Virus record (IMG/VR): IMGVR_UViG_3300006149_000009
Strand: one strand, 5' to 3'
Length of the DNA stretch: 64,000 bases
Source of the DNA: an uncultured virus (IMG/VR IMGVR_UViG_3300006149_000009)
Taxonomy: Duplodnaviria > Heunggongvirae > Uroviricota > Caudoviricetes
This document shows, piece after piece, positions 51,142 through 61,750 of the stretch. How positions within the stretch are numbered: the stretch's first letter is position 1; each line of letters opens with the position of its first letter. Both the position numbers and the translations under genes were made by a program. Below the pieces are notes generated by a model. The model saw nothing but the letters and a program-made list of their open reading frames with translations. It was not told the DNA's origin and did not search any database.

Positions 51142-51334
51142 GAATTTTGAAAAATGGGTAAAGGCAGCAGGAATTAGAGCAGTGAAGACCGTAGCACAGG
51201 CGGCGGTTGCGGGAATAGGAACGGCCGCAGCTATGGGGGCGGTTGACTGGAAGTATGTGTTATCTGCTTCTGTACTGGCTGGCGTAGTGTCGATGCTTAC
51301 ATCGGTAGCGGGGCTTCCGGAGCTGGAAGAGTAG
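51131..51334 (+). CDS. Holin (r1t-type)
   Basis: KAAGIRAVKTVAQ...SMLTSVAGLPE. Confidence 0.88.
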   Translation: MKNRNFEKWVKAAGIRAVKTVAQAAVAGIGTAAAMGAVDWKYVLSASVLAGVVSMLTSVAGLPELEE

Positions 51335-51407
51335 GGACGGGAATTTCACATCCGGGAAAGCAGCAAAAAGCATATTGCAAACGTGAAATGCATATGCTAT
51401 AATGCCA

Positions 51408-51490
51408 ATAGGCAAAAGGAAATGACAGTAATCTGTCATGGATACACAAAGCAAAAACCCCGGAAAGGCACTTCCGGGGTTTTCTTTATC
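51408..51490 (+). ncRNA. Candidate antisense antitoxin RNA of type I TA locus 2 (ends approximate)
   Basis: Promoter TTGCAA-N17-TATAAT (51375-51403); AAAAGGAAAT and TCTGTCA(A)TGGA segments recur at the toxin start; AACCCCGGAA/TTCCGGGGTT terminator. Confidence 0.72.
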
Positions 51491-51515
51491 CCTTTACGGA
51501 GGGACAAGACCGAGG

Positions 51516-51614
51516 TTAGTTGTCATTATTACCGTTGTCTAACCATTTGATAATGTAGTGGCAGGCTACATTAACCATGACAGCGGATAAAAAGGAAATA
51601 ACAAACTCTGTCAA
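51516..51614 (-). CDS. Type I TA toxin, Fst-like peptide, 32 aa
   Basis: TTG start; MTEFVISFLSAVMVNVACHYIIKWLDNGNNDN. Confidence 0.8.
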   Translation of the reverse strand: MTEFVISFLSAVMVNVACHYIIKWLDNGNNDN

Positions 51615-51772
51615 TGGACACACCCCCTTTCCGTTGCCGGATTGGGTATGACAACGGAAACAGTATAGCATAAATGTATATGATACGACAAGAGTATCTG
51701 CAAAACAGCACCGCTCAGAAATGGGCGGTGTTTTTTTAGTGCTGCAAAAATGCAGCAAGAAGGGAGAATCGT

Positions 51773-52642
51773 ATGACATTAAATATTAAAAAGAACTATC
51801 TTACAAGGAACAGGTGCTATCAAACAGGGACGCGCTGTAAAAAAATCGGTATTCAGCTCCACACTATCGGCACAGGTCAGGGAACAGCCCAGTCCGTAGC
51901 AGATTACTGGAACCAGGGGGCAGTATCAGCATGTGTGCATTACGTCGTAGACTGCGACACCCCCGGAAAAGTTTTGCAGCTTCTTCCGGAAGATTACCGC
52001 AGTTGGGCGGATGCCGGATGGGGGAACAATAACCTGATTACATTTGAAATCTGCGAATCCGATTATATCCGGTATACAGGCGGGGCAAACTACAATGTTC
52101 TGGATGCAGGGAAATTTAAAGCGGATATCCTGCGTGGCTATCAGACGGCGGTGGAACTGTGTGCATCCATCTGTGAGAGATACGGCTGGAATCCACGGGC
52201 GAAGCTGCCAAACGGGATGTATTTGATTTCCTCCCACTACGAGGGGAATCTGGCGGGGTTATCTTCAAACCACGGTGACCCCGACCATGTTTGGAGACGC
52301 TTCGGCCTGACTATGGACGGGTTTAGGAAAGACGTAGAAAAAGCAATGAAAAAACCGGAGCTGAAACCCGGCATGAAGGTAACGCTGACACAGGATATCG
52401 CCATCCGGGACGGCGTTTCAACCAAATCCCAGCAGGCGGGGTATGTGAAGTATACACAGCTTTCCGCGTCGGCAAAGAAAAAGTGCTGCCGCCTGTCTGG
52501 GAATAAAGCCAAGCTCAAAAAAGGAAGTGTGGTGGAGGTTAAGAAAGTCACCACCGCTTGGGACGGAAGTATCTGGATTCAAATTAAATCCGGTTGGCTT
52601 CCGGTTGTAATTAAAGATAAATACCGGATAAAAGCAGTATGA
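51773..52642 (+). CDS. Endolysin, N-acetylmuramoyl-L-alanine amidase with SH3-like C-terminus
   Basis: IQLHT, ACVHY, FEICE, SH...SNHGDP. Confidence 0.88.
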   Translation: MTLNIKKNYLTRNRCYQTGTRCKKIGIQLHTIGTGQGTAQSVADYWNQGAVSACVHYVVDCDTPGKVLQLLPEDYRSWADAGWGNNNLITFEICESDYIRYTGGANYNVLDAGKFKADILRGYQTAVELCASICERYGWNPRAKLPNGMYLISSHYEGNLAGLSSNHGDPDHVWRRFGLTMDGFRKDVEKAMKKPELKPGMKVTLTQDIAIRDGVSTKSQQAGYVKYTQLSASAKKKCCRLSGNKAKLKKGSVVEVKKVTTAWDGSIWIQIKSGWLPVVIKDKYRIKAV

Positions 52643-52678
52643 GGAGAAGGGGCGGCATTACCGCCCCTGCCATTCCTT

Positions 52679-52849
52679 TTATGAATTACGTTCTGTATTT
52701 TTATGTTCATTCAGCTCTTTGATATACTTCTTTAGAACCAGATTAATGTACTGGCTAAGAGGACGGTCGTCCTCTTCTGCGAGGTCTCTTAGTATTAAAA
52801 TTATATCTGAATCTATAGTGATGCTAATTTTGCTTTTCAATGGTTTCAT
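52679..52849 (-). CDS. Ribbon-helix-helix protein, 56 aa (not in track)
   Basis: MKPLKSKISITIDSD...LAEEDDRPLSQYINLVL; GGAGG RBS. Confidence 0.78.
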   Translation of the reverse strand: MKPLKSKISITIDSDIILILRDLAEEDDRPLSQYINLVLKKYIKELNEHKNTERNS

Positions 52850-53209
52850 AAATATCTACCTCCAATGTACAGTTTTAGAAAATTTGATTACGACATCGTG
52901 GGATTGCCAAAACAAGGTTACAACAAAAACGGCCTTGTGGAAACAGCTATAATAGTAAGAAAATCATTGGAATGAATTGCAGTTTACTACACCAACGCTA
53001 TAATCGCCTCATTTACGCGTATTTGTATGTAGATAATGGGAATTGTATCAGAGGCATAAAAATGCCTATATAGGCTTATAAAACCTCTCAGAACGGCTCT
53101 CTGTGGTAGAATCAGGAATATTATTTCACGTATTGACAGCGTTAAAGTATACGCATATACTAAAAGCAGAACAGATATACGATATCAATTCTGAAAGGAG
53201 TCGAGAATC

Positions 53210-53644
53210 ATGGCATGTGTATTTGATGTAGCAAAATACATCCTTTGTCAATGTGGGAAAATGAGCACATGGAAACTCCAAAAGTTGTGTTACTATGCAC
53301 AGGCGTGGCATCTTGCGTGGACAGGTAATCCCATCTTCGCAGAAGATTTTCAGGCGTGGTCAAATGGCCCGGTATGCCCTGAATTATTCCATGCGCATCA
53401 GGGGAAATTCTCTGTTGATATACAAGATATCATTAAAGGAGACGATAACAGCCTGAACGACGACGAAAAAGAATCAATTGATATCGTCCTTAATGGATAC
53501 GCAGGCAGAGAACCTTATGACTTAAGGGAACAGACTCATGAAGAATCGCCCTGGAAAGATGCAAGAGGTGATTTACCGGATGGTGCACGATGCCAGAACG
53601 TAATCACTAAATCTTCTATGGGGGAATACTATGGAAGCTTATAA
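53210..53644 (+). CDS. Panacea-domain (DUF4065/SocA-like) antitoxin
   Basis: KLQKLCYYAQ, FQAWSNGPV, THEESPW. Confidence 0.88.
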   Translation: MACVFDVAKYILCQCGKMSTWKLQKLCYYAQAWHLAWTGNPIFAEDFQAWSNGPVCPELFHAHQGKFSVDIQDIIKGDDNSLNDDEKESIDIVLNGYAGREPYDLREQTHEESPWKDARGDLPDGARCQNVITKSSMGEYYGSL

Positions 53645-53647
53645 TCT

Positions 53648-54100
53648 ATGGCAAAGAAAATTTTAAAACAAAACAGAAAGCGCCATGAAAAGAAGATATC
53701 AGGCGAAATCAAAAACACTGATAGAGAGTGTCCCGTATGGGTATTTACAGATATAGACCGTTCAGGTAAGTTTGCATTTGATTTATCCCGGGATGATTTT
53801 GAACATAAAGAAGTTCTTGAAAAGATGATTCATTATTCAAATATGACTTGGGCTGACATCAAAAAACAAACACATGATAATGGGAAATCAAAGCATCATT
53901 TAATAGATTACGAGAAAATGTCTAAAGATGCGCAAGACAGACTAAAAGCAAAACATATGGAAGATGACAGCGACAGCATGTTCTCATTTGCTTTTAGAAA
54001 CCTTTTGCGCATTATTGGAATTCGCAGAGGAAGAATGTTTCATATTCTCTGGTATGACCCTCTTCATGAGATATGCCCTTCTCAGAAGAAACACACATAA
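53648..54100 (+). CDS. Putative cognate toxin, RelE-like RNase fold
   Basis: 3 nt after the antitoxin; FSFAF...RIIGIR...FHILWYD. Confidence 0.65.
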   Translation: MAKKILKQNRKRHEKKISGEIKNTDRECPVWVFTDIDRSGKFAFDLSRDDFEHKEVLEKMIHYSNMTWADIKKQTHDNGKSKHHLIDYEKMSKDAQDRLKAKHMEDDSDSMFSFAFRNLLRIIGIRRGRMFHILWYDPLHEICPSQKKHT

Positions 54101-54248
54101 GTTCCATAAATAATAGCATACAATCATCCGGTATCTACAATAGGTGGCGGATGTTTTTTGTTTCACCTTTGTACCTATTCACATTCCAGTAATCCATGCG
54201 TACAAATTTCATTGTTTGCTGGACACACTTTTCACCAGGAGGAATAAT

Positions 54249-54524
54249 ATGTATAGAATTATGATTGTAACTTCTCACCGGAACAACTATGAGTCTTTGT
54301 ATAAGTATTTGACAACTACTGTCGACGGGGTTGTTACTCCGGTCGAAATCGAGACAAAAGAACAGCTTGATGCAAGAATCGAAAAAATGCTGAATGAGGA
54401 CGGATATGCAAAAAAAGATTTCATCGTAGTACAGGTCGTTGATTATTCTATCGACGCTACAAACTATACGGACGACGAACCTGCTCCAGACGATTCTACT
54501 ACGGATACCCAAGAGACTGAATAA
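54249..54524 (+). CDS. Small acidic hypothetical protein
   Basis: AGGAGG RBS before ATG 54249. Confidence 0.7.
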   Translation: MYRIMIVTSHRNNYESLYKYLTTTVDGVVTPVEIETKEQLDARIEKMLNEDGYAKKDFIVVQVVDYSIDATNYTDDEPAPDDSTTDTQETE

Positions 54525-54561
54525 TACAGACCGTGCTAGAAATATAGCGTCGGGGCAAATA

Positions 54562-54602
54562 AGAAGGCAGATTAGCGTATAAGGCTAGTCTGCCTTTTTT
54601 TT
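54562..54602. terminator. Terminator between the convergent arms
   Basis: AGGCAGATTAGC...GCTAGTCTGCCT plus T-tract. Confidence 0.8.
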
Positions 54603-54608
54603 AGCGAA

Positions 54609-56321
54609 TTAGCAAAGTGCTTCCTTTTTCCCAAATCGTACCTCACAGTCTTTCCGGAAAAACGACACCCCATAACAGTCTATGTTCCGATACCCCTCTG
54701 TGCGAAGCTCTTCCCTATATCTTTTTTCATATATCTGCTGCAATGCCTTTTCTGCATCGCTCTCCAAATCATCAATAGAATCTGATACCTTGACTTCCAG
54801 AACAAATGACCTGCCCCGCAAAGAAGGGCTTCTCACCATAATATCAGACCTCCCGTACCCCGATTCCCGGTTGGATTTAACCAGATAATTTTCACTCTGA
54901 CTTAAAATGCCAGTAAGAAATCCATGATAAAAATTTTCTGCGCTATCGTAAAAGCTAATGGTATAAGCAAGCTGCTCAGTCAGTATATTTGTCATCCTCT
55001 TCGCATTTCCATCTTCCAGTGCCTGGTACAAATCATGAAAGTTTTGTTTCTTTATTGTATTCTTAAACCAATTAAGAATCGTGTTCTGATAGACCGTCTT
55101 CACTTCTATATTCGGAATTCGTGCCCGTAAAAAAACTGATGTCTCTTCGAAATATTCGCTTTCCTTCGTCAGATACCCCGTAAAGTAAAGAAAATTCCAC
55201 AAATTCTCATCACTGCTGTACATGTCCCCATAAGTGACTTCCTCATGAACCTGGATATCAAGAGTCTTTCCGCTCAAGAGCGCTTCAATCTGCCCCTTCG
55301 TTTCCCTATCAGCCTTGGCTATCATATCTTTAATAATATCATTTGAACTGGTATTAATCCAATATGGACGCGGAAATGCGTTGACGTCCGAATATAAATC
55401 ATATAAAAACTTAATAACACTCCACGGGTTGTAAACCTCTGTATCTCCAAATAAATATCCGTCATACCATTCTTTCATTGTCGAAAAGCGGCTTTCTACT
55501 TCATAATAGGACATCATTTGGCTCACTTCTGATTCTGTAAATCCAAAATGCTCACTGTACTTTTTATCAAGCACAGAAATAATGTTCAGATGATTCAACC
55601 CGGTAAATATACTCTCTTTTGAAATCCTCAGGCACCCAGTAATAACCGCAAACTGCAAATACTGATTTGTCTTTAAGGCAGCTTCAAACAACGAACGGAT
55701 AAAGCTGACCATCTTTTCATAAAAGCCTCTAAAATATGCATTTTCTAATGGCACGTCGTACTCGTCAATTAGAATAACTGTATTCTTGCCAGTAATTTTG
55801 TACATACATTGGCAGAAAAGCCGCAAAGAATTTCTTATTGCTTTTTCCTCACCCTGCCCCTCCGCAATATCAGTATACTCTTTATATTCTTTGTTGGATA
55901 GACATTCTTTCCCGACTTCTATAATGCTCCTGTGCCTTTCAAACTCCGTGCTAACTGCATTTTGTATCATGTAATAAGCCATATCGTAGTTTTCCTGTTT
56001 CGCCGATTTCAAAGTCAGCTCAAACACAGAATACATTCCCATCTGGTTTGTGTAGCTTTCCCCGGCTTCCATAATCTTCATCCCCTGAAAAAGTTCTCTA
56101 TTTTGCTCATTTCTTTTTTCGTTCCCGGTATCCTCAAAAAAATATCGGAGCATACTCATATTTAATGTTTTTCCAAAACGTCTTGGACGTGTAAATAGGT
56201 TCACTTCCCCTTTCAAATCAAGTAATTCCTTAATCAGCATAGTCTTATCGACATAACAATAGCCATCTCTTATTATCTTCTCGAAATTGTCAACACCTAC
56301 CGGCAATGGCTTCCTCATCAT
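54609..56321 (-). CDS. AAA-ATPase-like protein with C-terminal PD-(D/E)XK nuclease
   Basis: [25 protein letters not shown]...LEVK. Confidence 0.9.
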   Translation of the reverse strand: MMRKPLPVGVDNFEKIIRDGYCYVDKTMLIKELLDLKGEVNLFTRPRRFGKTLNMSMLRYFFEDTGNEKRNEQNRELFQGMKIMEAGESYTNQMGMYSVFELTLKSAKQENYDMAYYMIQNAVSTEFERHRSIIEVGKECLSNKEYKEYTDIAEGQGEEKAIRNSLRLFCQCMYKITGKNTVILIDEYDVPLENAYFRGFYEKMVSFIRSLFEAALKTNQYLQFAVITGCLRISKESIFTGLNHLNIISVLDKKYSEHFGFTESEVSQMMSYYEVESRFSTMKEWYDGYLFGDTEVYNPWSVIKFLYDLYSDVNAFPRPYWINTSSNDIIKDMIAKADRETKGQIEALLSGKTLDIQVHEEVTYGDMYSSDENLWNFLYFTGYLTKESEYFEETSVFLRARIPNIEVKTVYQNTILNWFKNTIKKQNFHDLYQALEDGNAKRMTNILTEQLAYTISFYDSAENFYHGFLTGILSQSENYLVKSNRESGYGRSDIMVRSPSLRGRSFVLEVKVSDSIDDLESDAEKALQQIYEKRYREELRTEGYRNIDCYGVSFFRKDCEVRFGKKEALC

Positions 56322-56390
56322 CCTACCTCCATTTCATACCGTTTTCTATACCACATCCTACATCTCTTCGTTTTGCAAATGCGCTTGTTT

Positions 56391-58094
56391 CTATACAGCC
56401 TCATACTGACCGCCCCCAATCAATACCTGTTTCCCTTGGAACGCAAACCCATACTTCCGAATTTTCTCTTTAGGGATTCCCTTCTCTATCAACGATACCT
56501 CATACTGTTTCCTGTCTATCTGTTTTAAAGCTTCCTGCACAGTATCAGAAAGTTCCTTCTCATCCTCTGAATCCCGCACCTTAAACTCCAGAATGATTGC
56601 ATCATCGCCTTTTTCCCTAGGCTCCAGCATCACATCATACCGTCCGAAACCACTTTCACGGTTCGAAGTCAGGATATATCGGTCAGTCAAATCCACCATC
56701 AACCCTAGGACAAAACCATGATAGAAACGCTCAGGCTCTTCCTCTGAGGGCTTTTTCCCAGTATCAAAATAACTAAACGTTGCCAATGCTACTTTGTTCA
56801 TATATACATTCATTGCCTTCAAATCATTTACTAAAAGTGCATTAATGAAATCATTGTAACTATCACTGTATTCTGTAAACCAGTCTTGAATCATCCCTTC
56901 AAACATAATCTTCACTTCTTTATTTGTTAATGCTAGATAATAATAAACCCTCCCTGTGCGCTCTACAAATTCCGTCCTAACCGCTTTCAGATAGCCGCTT
57001 GCCAGCAGGAGGCTCCAGATAGTACTTTCTTTTCCTGTAAGCTGGTCATATAGAATTTGTTCGTCTATCTGCGCCTTTAGGATTCCCCCTTGCAACATCC
57101 GTTCAAATTCCTGCTTTACTTTTTTATTCCCCTCACGCAAAAGCTTCCCGGCCAGACTGTTAGAACTGGTATTTGCCCAGTATGGCCGAAATTGTCTCGT
57201 ATCCAGCAAATTGATAATAGACCACGGATTGTAAATGTCTGTCAGACTGCCAAAAGTAAACCCGTCATACCAGCTTTTTACATCCTGTTTCTTATTCGAC
57301 AAACCATATTCATCCAGTGCCGCAAATACTTCCTCCTCTGTAAATCCGAAACTGTCTACATATTCCTCCGAAGTGGTAGTCACCACTTTCAGGTTATTTA
57401 AGTCAGAAAAGATTGACTCTTTACTAACTCTTGTTATCCCCGTCATCACTGCACGTTCCAAGTATGGGTTCGTCTTAAATGTAGAATTAAACAAACTCCT
57501 TGTAAACTCGGCAAGCTCGTTCCAATACCCATTCACATAGGCTTCCTGCATAGGCGTATCATACTCGTCTAAAAGAATAATCACTTTCTCCCCGTAATAG
57601 CGGTACAGATAATCAGAAAGCATTTTTAAAGAAAGAGTCGCCATATAATCTTCCATCTCAGCAGAAATTCTGCAGAAATCTTCTTTTTCTCTGCTGTTGA
57701 GCATATCTCCCTCAAGCAAAAAATCAAACTTGTTATATAATAACTGGATAATCTTACAAATCTTTTTCCGCGCTCCCAAAAATGTTGTTTCCTTCACATC
57801 AGAAAAACTAAGTGCTATAACTGGATACTTCCCCTGCAATTCCCTGTACTTCCCCTCTTGCCATATAAACAGCCCCTCAAACAAGTCACCCCGGCCTACA
57901 TATTTTACAGAAAAGAATTGTTCCAACATGCTCATATTCAATGTCTTCCCAAATCTTCTCGGTCGGGTAATTAGAGTTACACTATCCCCTCTTTCCCACC
58001 ATTCATGAATGAATGCTGTTTTATCTACATAAAAATAATTTTCTTTCCGAATCGTCTCAAAATCCTGATGTCCTATTCCTACTGTCCTTAGCAT
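56391..58094 (-). CDS. AAA-ATPase-like protein with C-terminal PD-(D/E)XK nuclease (paralog)
   Basis: [25 protein letters not shown]...LEFK; GAGGTGG RBS before ATG 58094. Confidence 0.9.
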   Translation of the reverse strand: MLRTVGIGHQDFETIRKENYFYVDKTAFIHEWWERGDSVTLITRPRRFGKTLNMSMLEQFFSVKYVGRGDLFEGLFIWQEGKYRELQGKYPVIALSFSDVKETTFLGARKKICKIIQLLYNKFDFLLEGDMLNSREKEDFCRISAEMEDYMATLSLKMLSDYLYRYYGEKVIILLDEYDTPMQEAYVNGYWNELAEFTRSLFNSTFKTNPYLERAVMTGITRVSKESIFSDLNNLKVVTTTSEEYVDSFGFTEEEVFAALDEYGLSNKKQDVKSWYDGFTFGSLTDIYNPWSIINLLDTRQFRPYWANTSSNSLAGKLLREGNKKVKQEFERMLQGGILKAQIDEQILYDQLTGKESTIWSLLLASGYLKAVRTEFVERTGRVYYYLALTNKEVKIMFEGMIQDWFTEYSDSYNDFINALLVNDLKAMNVYMNKVALATFSYFDTGKKPSEEEPERFYHGFVLGLMVDLTDRYILTSNRESGFGRYDVMLEPREKGDDAIILEFKVRDSEDEKELSDTVQEALKQIDRKQYEVSLIEKGIPKEKIRKYGFAFQGKQVLIGGGQYEAV

Positions 58095-58213
58095 ATAAAC
58101 CACCTCTTTCCCTGCTCCTTTAAAACTTATACCCATTTTACAGTATCCCCAAACAAAATGCAATTAGATAAAGCCCTGAGGATTTTCCGCCTCAGAGCTT
58201 ATATATTTACTGC

Positions 58214-59791
58214 CTATTTGATTCTCCATATTAACCGTTCTATTTTGTTACTCCTGTATGTACAGGAGTCACTAATCAGAACGTTCTTGCTCAGCCCTAA
58301 GTCGCCTAACACCCGCATATAAATATCAATATTCCCTTCCTTATCCACTTCTATCTTTTGAATAATCTGCTTTAGCTGTTCATTAGTCATATCACGGACT
58401 GAAGTAATATCTTCCATATTTTTAAACGTTTTCTGTATAATGTTCTCCAACTGGCTGCCCTTGTCCAGATTGTGCTCCACTAGCTTCAAGTCATTTTCCA
58501 GCCGCTCTATCTCTTTTTTCGTCCCGCCAATTCTCTTATTCAGCTCTTCACGGCTAATCAGGTCATCCATATACATATCCATATACTTCTGGCGGGTTTT
58601 CCTCAACTTCGTCAGGCTATCCTCTAACTCTTTTCTGTAGTTTACATTTTCATCCTTCTCTTTATAAATTTTTGAAAACTCCTTCACCAAATACTCGGTA
58701 ACTTTCTTCTTCGATTTCAGCATTTGGGCGAAGTAGCACTCCAGCTCCAGAATCAACTCCTCTTCATCCAGCGTTACAGCATTTGGACAGCTATCTACCC
58801 CCTTACCATTACGCCCGGAACATACCCAGCGGACATAGGTATTTTTATATGTACGAGCTGTTCGCCGGAATGACCATCCGCATTCCTTACATTTAATTAA
58901 TGTACTAAATAGGTATTTATTGCTCTGCCTCTCCCTATTCATACGGAAAGCCCTATGCCTGCCCGTTAAAATTTCCTGCGCTTTGTCAAACTGTTCTTGT
59001 TGGATAATGCACAAATCCGGCCTGTCTGTCACCAGCCACTCTGCCTCATCCTTATCCTTTCTTTCTCCTGTTAGAAAATCTGCCACTTCCTGCTTCCCAT
59101 TGATGATTTTCCCTGTATAAAGCTCGTTTGTCAAAATCCTACATATGGCGTTCTGGCTCCAGCGGCTATTCCGCTTTGTCCTAGACCCTCTTTCATTTAA
59201 CATGCTTGCAATTTTTGACGCGCCATAACCGCCTTCCGTATACCAGTCGTAAATCTGGTGGATAATCCTTTCCTCTTCTTTGTTGATTTTCATGTCGAAA
59301 TATTCTCCGGAAATTTTATCATAGCCGTAGACAATATTCGGGACTCTGCCTTTTTCCGCATTCATTTTCTTTCCAAACTTAATACGCTTTGAAGTATTTG
59401 CGCTTTCCTCCTGCGCCAGCGCCCCAAAAATAGTCAGAACAAACTCCGACTGCCCTAACACGGTCATATTGGCTGTAAGAAACGTCATCTCAATCCCCAA
59501 TGCCTTTAATGTACGGACGCTCTGTAGCAAATCCACCGTGTTTCGTGCAAATCTGGAGATATCCTTGACTACTACCATATCAAACATGCCACGCTTCGAG
59601 TCCTCCATGAGCTGTTGGAATTCTTTTCGATTCTTGATTTTTGTACCGGAAATCCCTTCATCCGCATATACTCTTACGAGCTTGTGGCCATTTTTTTCTG
59701 TATACTCCTGGAAAAATTTCTTCTGCGTTTCAAGGCTGTTTATCTGGTCACTTTTATCCGTAGACACCCTACAGTAAGCAGCTATATTCAT
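58214..59791 (-). CDS. Large serine recombinase (integrase)
   Basis: YCRVST catalytic Ser, DISRFAR, recombinase domain, CKECG...C zinc ribbon, coiled coil. Confidence 0.93.
   Translation of the reverse strand: MNIAAYCRVSTDKSDQINSLETQKKFFQEYTEKNGHKLVRVYADEGISGTKIKNRKEFQQLMEDSKRGMFDMVVVKDISRFARNTVDLLQSVRTLKALGIEMTFLTANMTVLGQSEFVLTIFGALAQEESANTSKRIKFGKKMNAEKGRVPNIVYGYDKISGEYFDMKINKEEERIIHQIYDWYTEGGYGASKIASMLNERGSRTKRNSRWSQNAICRILTNELYTGKIINGKQEVADFLTGERKDKDEAEWLVTDRPDLCIIQQEQFDKAQEILTGRHRAFRMNRERQSNKYLFSTLIKCKECGWSFRRTARTYKNTYVRWVCSGRNGKGVDSCPNAVTLDEEELILELECYFAQMLKSKKKVTEYLVKEFSKIYKEKDENVNYRKELEDSLTKLRKTRQKYMDMYMDDLISREELNKRIGGTKKEIERLENDLKLVEHNLDKGSQLENIIQKTFKNMEDITSVRDMTNEQLKQIIQKIEVDKEGNIDIYMRVLGDLGLSKNVLISDSCTYRSNKIERLIWRIK
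58236..58283. other. attP-like recombination site
   Basis: 23-bp arms, 19/23 inverted identity, innermost 9 bp perfect (ACTCCTGTA-TG-TACAGGAGT) around a 2-bp centre. Confidence 0.72.
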
Positions 59792-59838
59792 ATCTGTATA
59801 CCTTTCTATTTATTTTGTCGCACTCTGTCACTGCTTGT

Positions 59839-59867
59839 ATTGTAAGCTACGTAAACAAAAAAAGCAA
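59839..59867 (-). promoter_or_regulatory. Candidate SigA promoter of the integrase
   Basis: TTGCTT-N17-TACAAT overlapping the upstream terminator hairpin. Confidence 0.55.
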
Positions 59868-59919
59868 GAGAGAATTGGATAAACGCTCTCTCCTGCTCTG
59901 TAAGCTAACCTTTTATCTC

Positions 59920-60378
59920 CTAAAATCTATTCACTTCCTTTAAATATTCTGTAGCCTTTTCATTAGCAGATTTGAAATCAACTTGGGGCAATACTTCTTC
60001 AATGTAATCTTTTAGGGAAATTTTTTTACTATTAATCTTTATCTCGATATCTGTCTTTTTCGTTAAGTTTCCGTTACTTAATTTGTCCAACACAATTATA
60101 CACTGTGCCTTCTCTTCATCACCAATTCTATCAAATATATTAAGTAACTCCAGTGATTCTTTAGCTCTTTCGCTACTTCTTTCTTCGATTTCCTTTTTGT
60201 ACTCTTCTTCACTTTTAAATTTTTTACCTTCTTGTTTAATCAAATTCTTTTGAGATTGCTTTAAACATAGTTCATACGCTTTCCCCATTAATTCTTTTTG
60301 ATAATCATCATCCAATTTTGAAAACAGCATTATCAATTCTTTTACTTTATCAGGATTAATATTCATCTCATTCCCCAT
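59920..60378 (-). CDS. Hypothetical charged helical protein
   Basis: AT-rich ORF. Confidence 0.7.
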   Translation of the reverse strand: MGNEMNINPDKVKELIMLFSKLDDDYQKELMGKAYELCLKQSQKNLIKQEGKKFKSEEEYKKEIEERSSERAKESLELLNIFDRIGDEEKAQCIIVLDKLSNGNLTKKTDIEIKINSKKISLKDYIEEVLPQVDFKSANEKATEYLKEVNRF

Positions 60379-60403
60379 TATAAAAAAACAACACTTTACT
60401 AAT

Positions 60404-61750
60404 TTATTTTTCTTGATTTACGAAGGCTTCCCAATCATTAAACTTTATACGATTATAAAATACCATACCAAAATATGCAGACAGAAATGCAATAAATGTT
60501 ATTATACAAACATATACCATATTAAAAATGTTCATTTTATACCATACTAAAATAGAAGCTGAAAAAATGAAAGCAATTCCAGAAGTTAATTTGACTCTAG
60601 GTATATTATTTACAATCCTTTGTTTTACTCTAAATATATGTGTATAATTTATAGTTCGCTTTTCTCTGTCGTTTATTATTTCTACATTATACTCATATGT
60701 TCCTCTTGCTATATCAAGTGAATGTCCATCTAATATGTTTTTATATTCTAACAAATCTGGAAATTTTCGTTTTAAACTCTCATAATTTTTTTTATTATAC
60801 GACGCCGAAATGTATACCCCCATGTCATTAATTTTTTTATCCATTATATTTCCAAAAATCAAGCTAATAACATATAAAATAATTGTAGTGATAGCAAATA
60901 TCACTGGAATTATTTTAGGCGAATCTTTAAGTCCAAACCAGTATTTTATTTTCTCATTATCCCCCTCAATAATAATTGTAATAATAATTGATAATATATT
61001 TGTCGTAATGGTAGAGATTTTCAAAGTTAATAAATAATTCTCATATCTATCGCGATGCATATATAAAATTTTCTGTAAATATCTCATGTCTTCTAACCGC
61101 TTTACTTTATCAAAAGAAATTTTACTTTTATGCCTTTCCGAAAAAACGTTGGAACCACTCTTATTTACAATTATTTGATAAGCAAAAAAATCTAACATTA
61201 TAAAAAAATAAAGAATCAATGATTCCCACGCTAATAATATGGGAAAATTCAAATTGCATATAAACAAAATAATAACAGCAACGCTAACCATAACTAGTGC
61301 CCCAATAAATAATATATAACTTCTAATGACCTCTCTTTTATTATGAAGGGTAACCCTCTTTCCTCTTTTGATATTATCTTTGTATATATCCAGCGGAGAT
61401 ATTAATTGCTCTGCCTTAATTTTATATCCATTTACAATTTCTGAAGGTGATTCATCATTTAATGCAGACAAATAATCTTTAACTATGTTCTTTTTTTTCC
61501 TAGTACTTTCAGAATTAATTAAAGCCATGATAACTGACAGCATAAATACAACTAATTCAATCATTGAAGGTGTTATATTCCAAAAACAAATTTTTTCATT
61601 AGAACTAAATGTACTCATAAAAACATATATGGTACAAACACCCATAGCAATAATTTCCAATAAAACTAAAAGCACCTCATGTATTCTCAACTTTTTTAAT
61701 TTAGCAACGTAAACCGTTAAACTCTTTTCTTCCACTTTAACCCCCTTCAT
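60404..61750 (-). CDS. Multi-pass membrane protein, very AT-rich
   Basis: About 8 hydrophobic segments in pairs. Confidence 0.75.
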   Translation of the reverse strand: MKGVKVEEKSLTVYVAKLKKLRIHEVLLVLLEIIAMGVCTIYVFMSTFSSNEKICFWNITPSMIELVVFMLSVIMALINSESTRKKKNIVKDYLSALNDESPSEIVNGYKIKAEQLISPLDIYKDNIKRGKRVTLHNKREVIRSYILFIGALVMVSVAVIILFICNLNFPILLAWESLILYFFIMLDFFAYQIIVNKSGSNVFSERHKSKISFDKVKRLEDMRYLQKILYMHRDRYENYLLTLKISTITTNILSIIITIIIEGDNEKIKYWFGLKDSPKIIPVIFAITTIILYVISLIFGNIMDKKINDMGVYISASYNKKNYESLKRKFPDLLEYKNILDGHSLDIARGTYEYNVEIINDREKRTINYTHIFRVKQRIVNNIPRVKLTSGIAFIFSASILVWYKMNIFNMVYVCIITFIAFLSAYFGMVFYNRIKFNDWEAFVNQEK

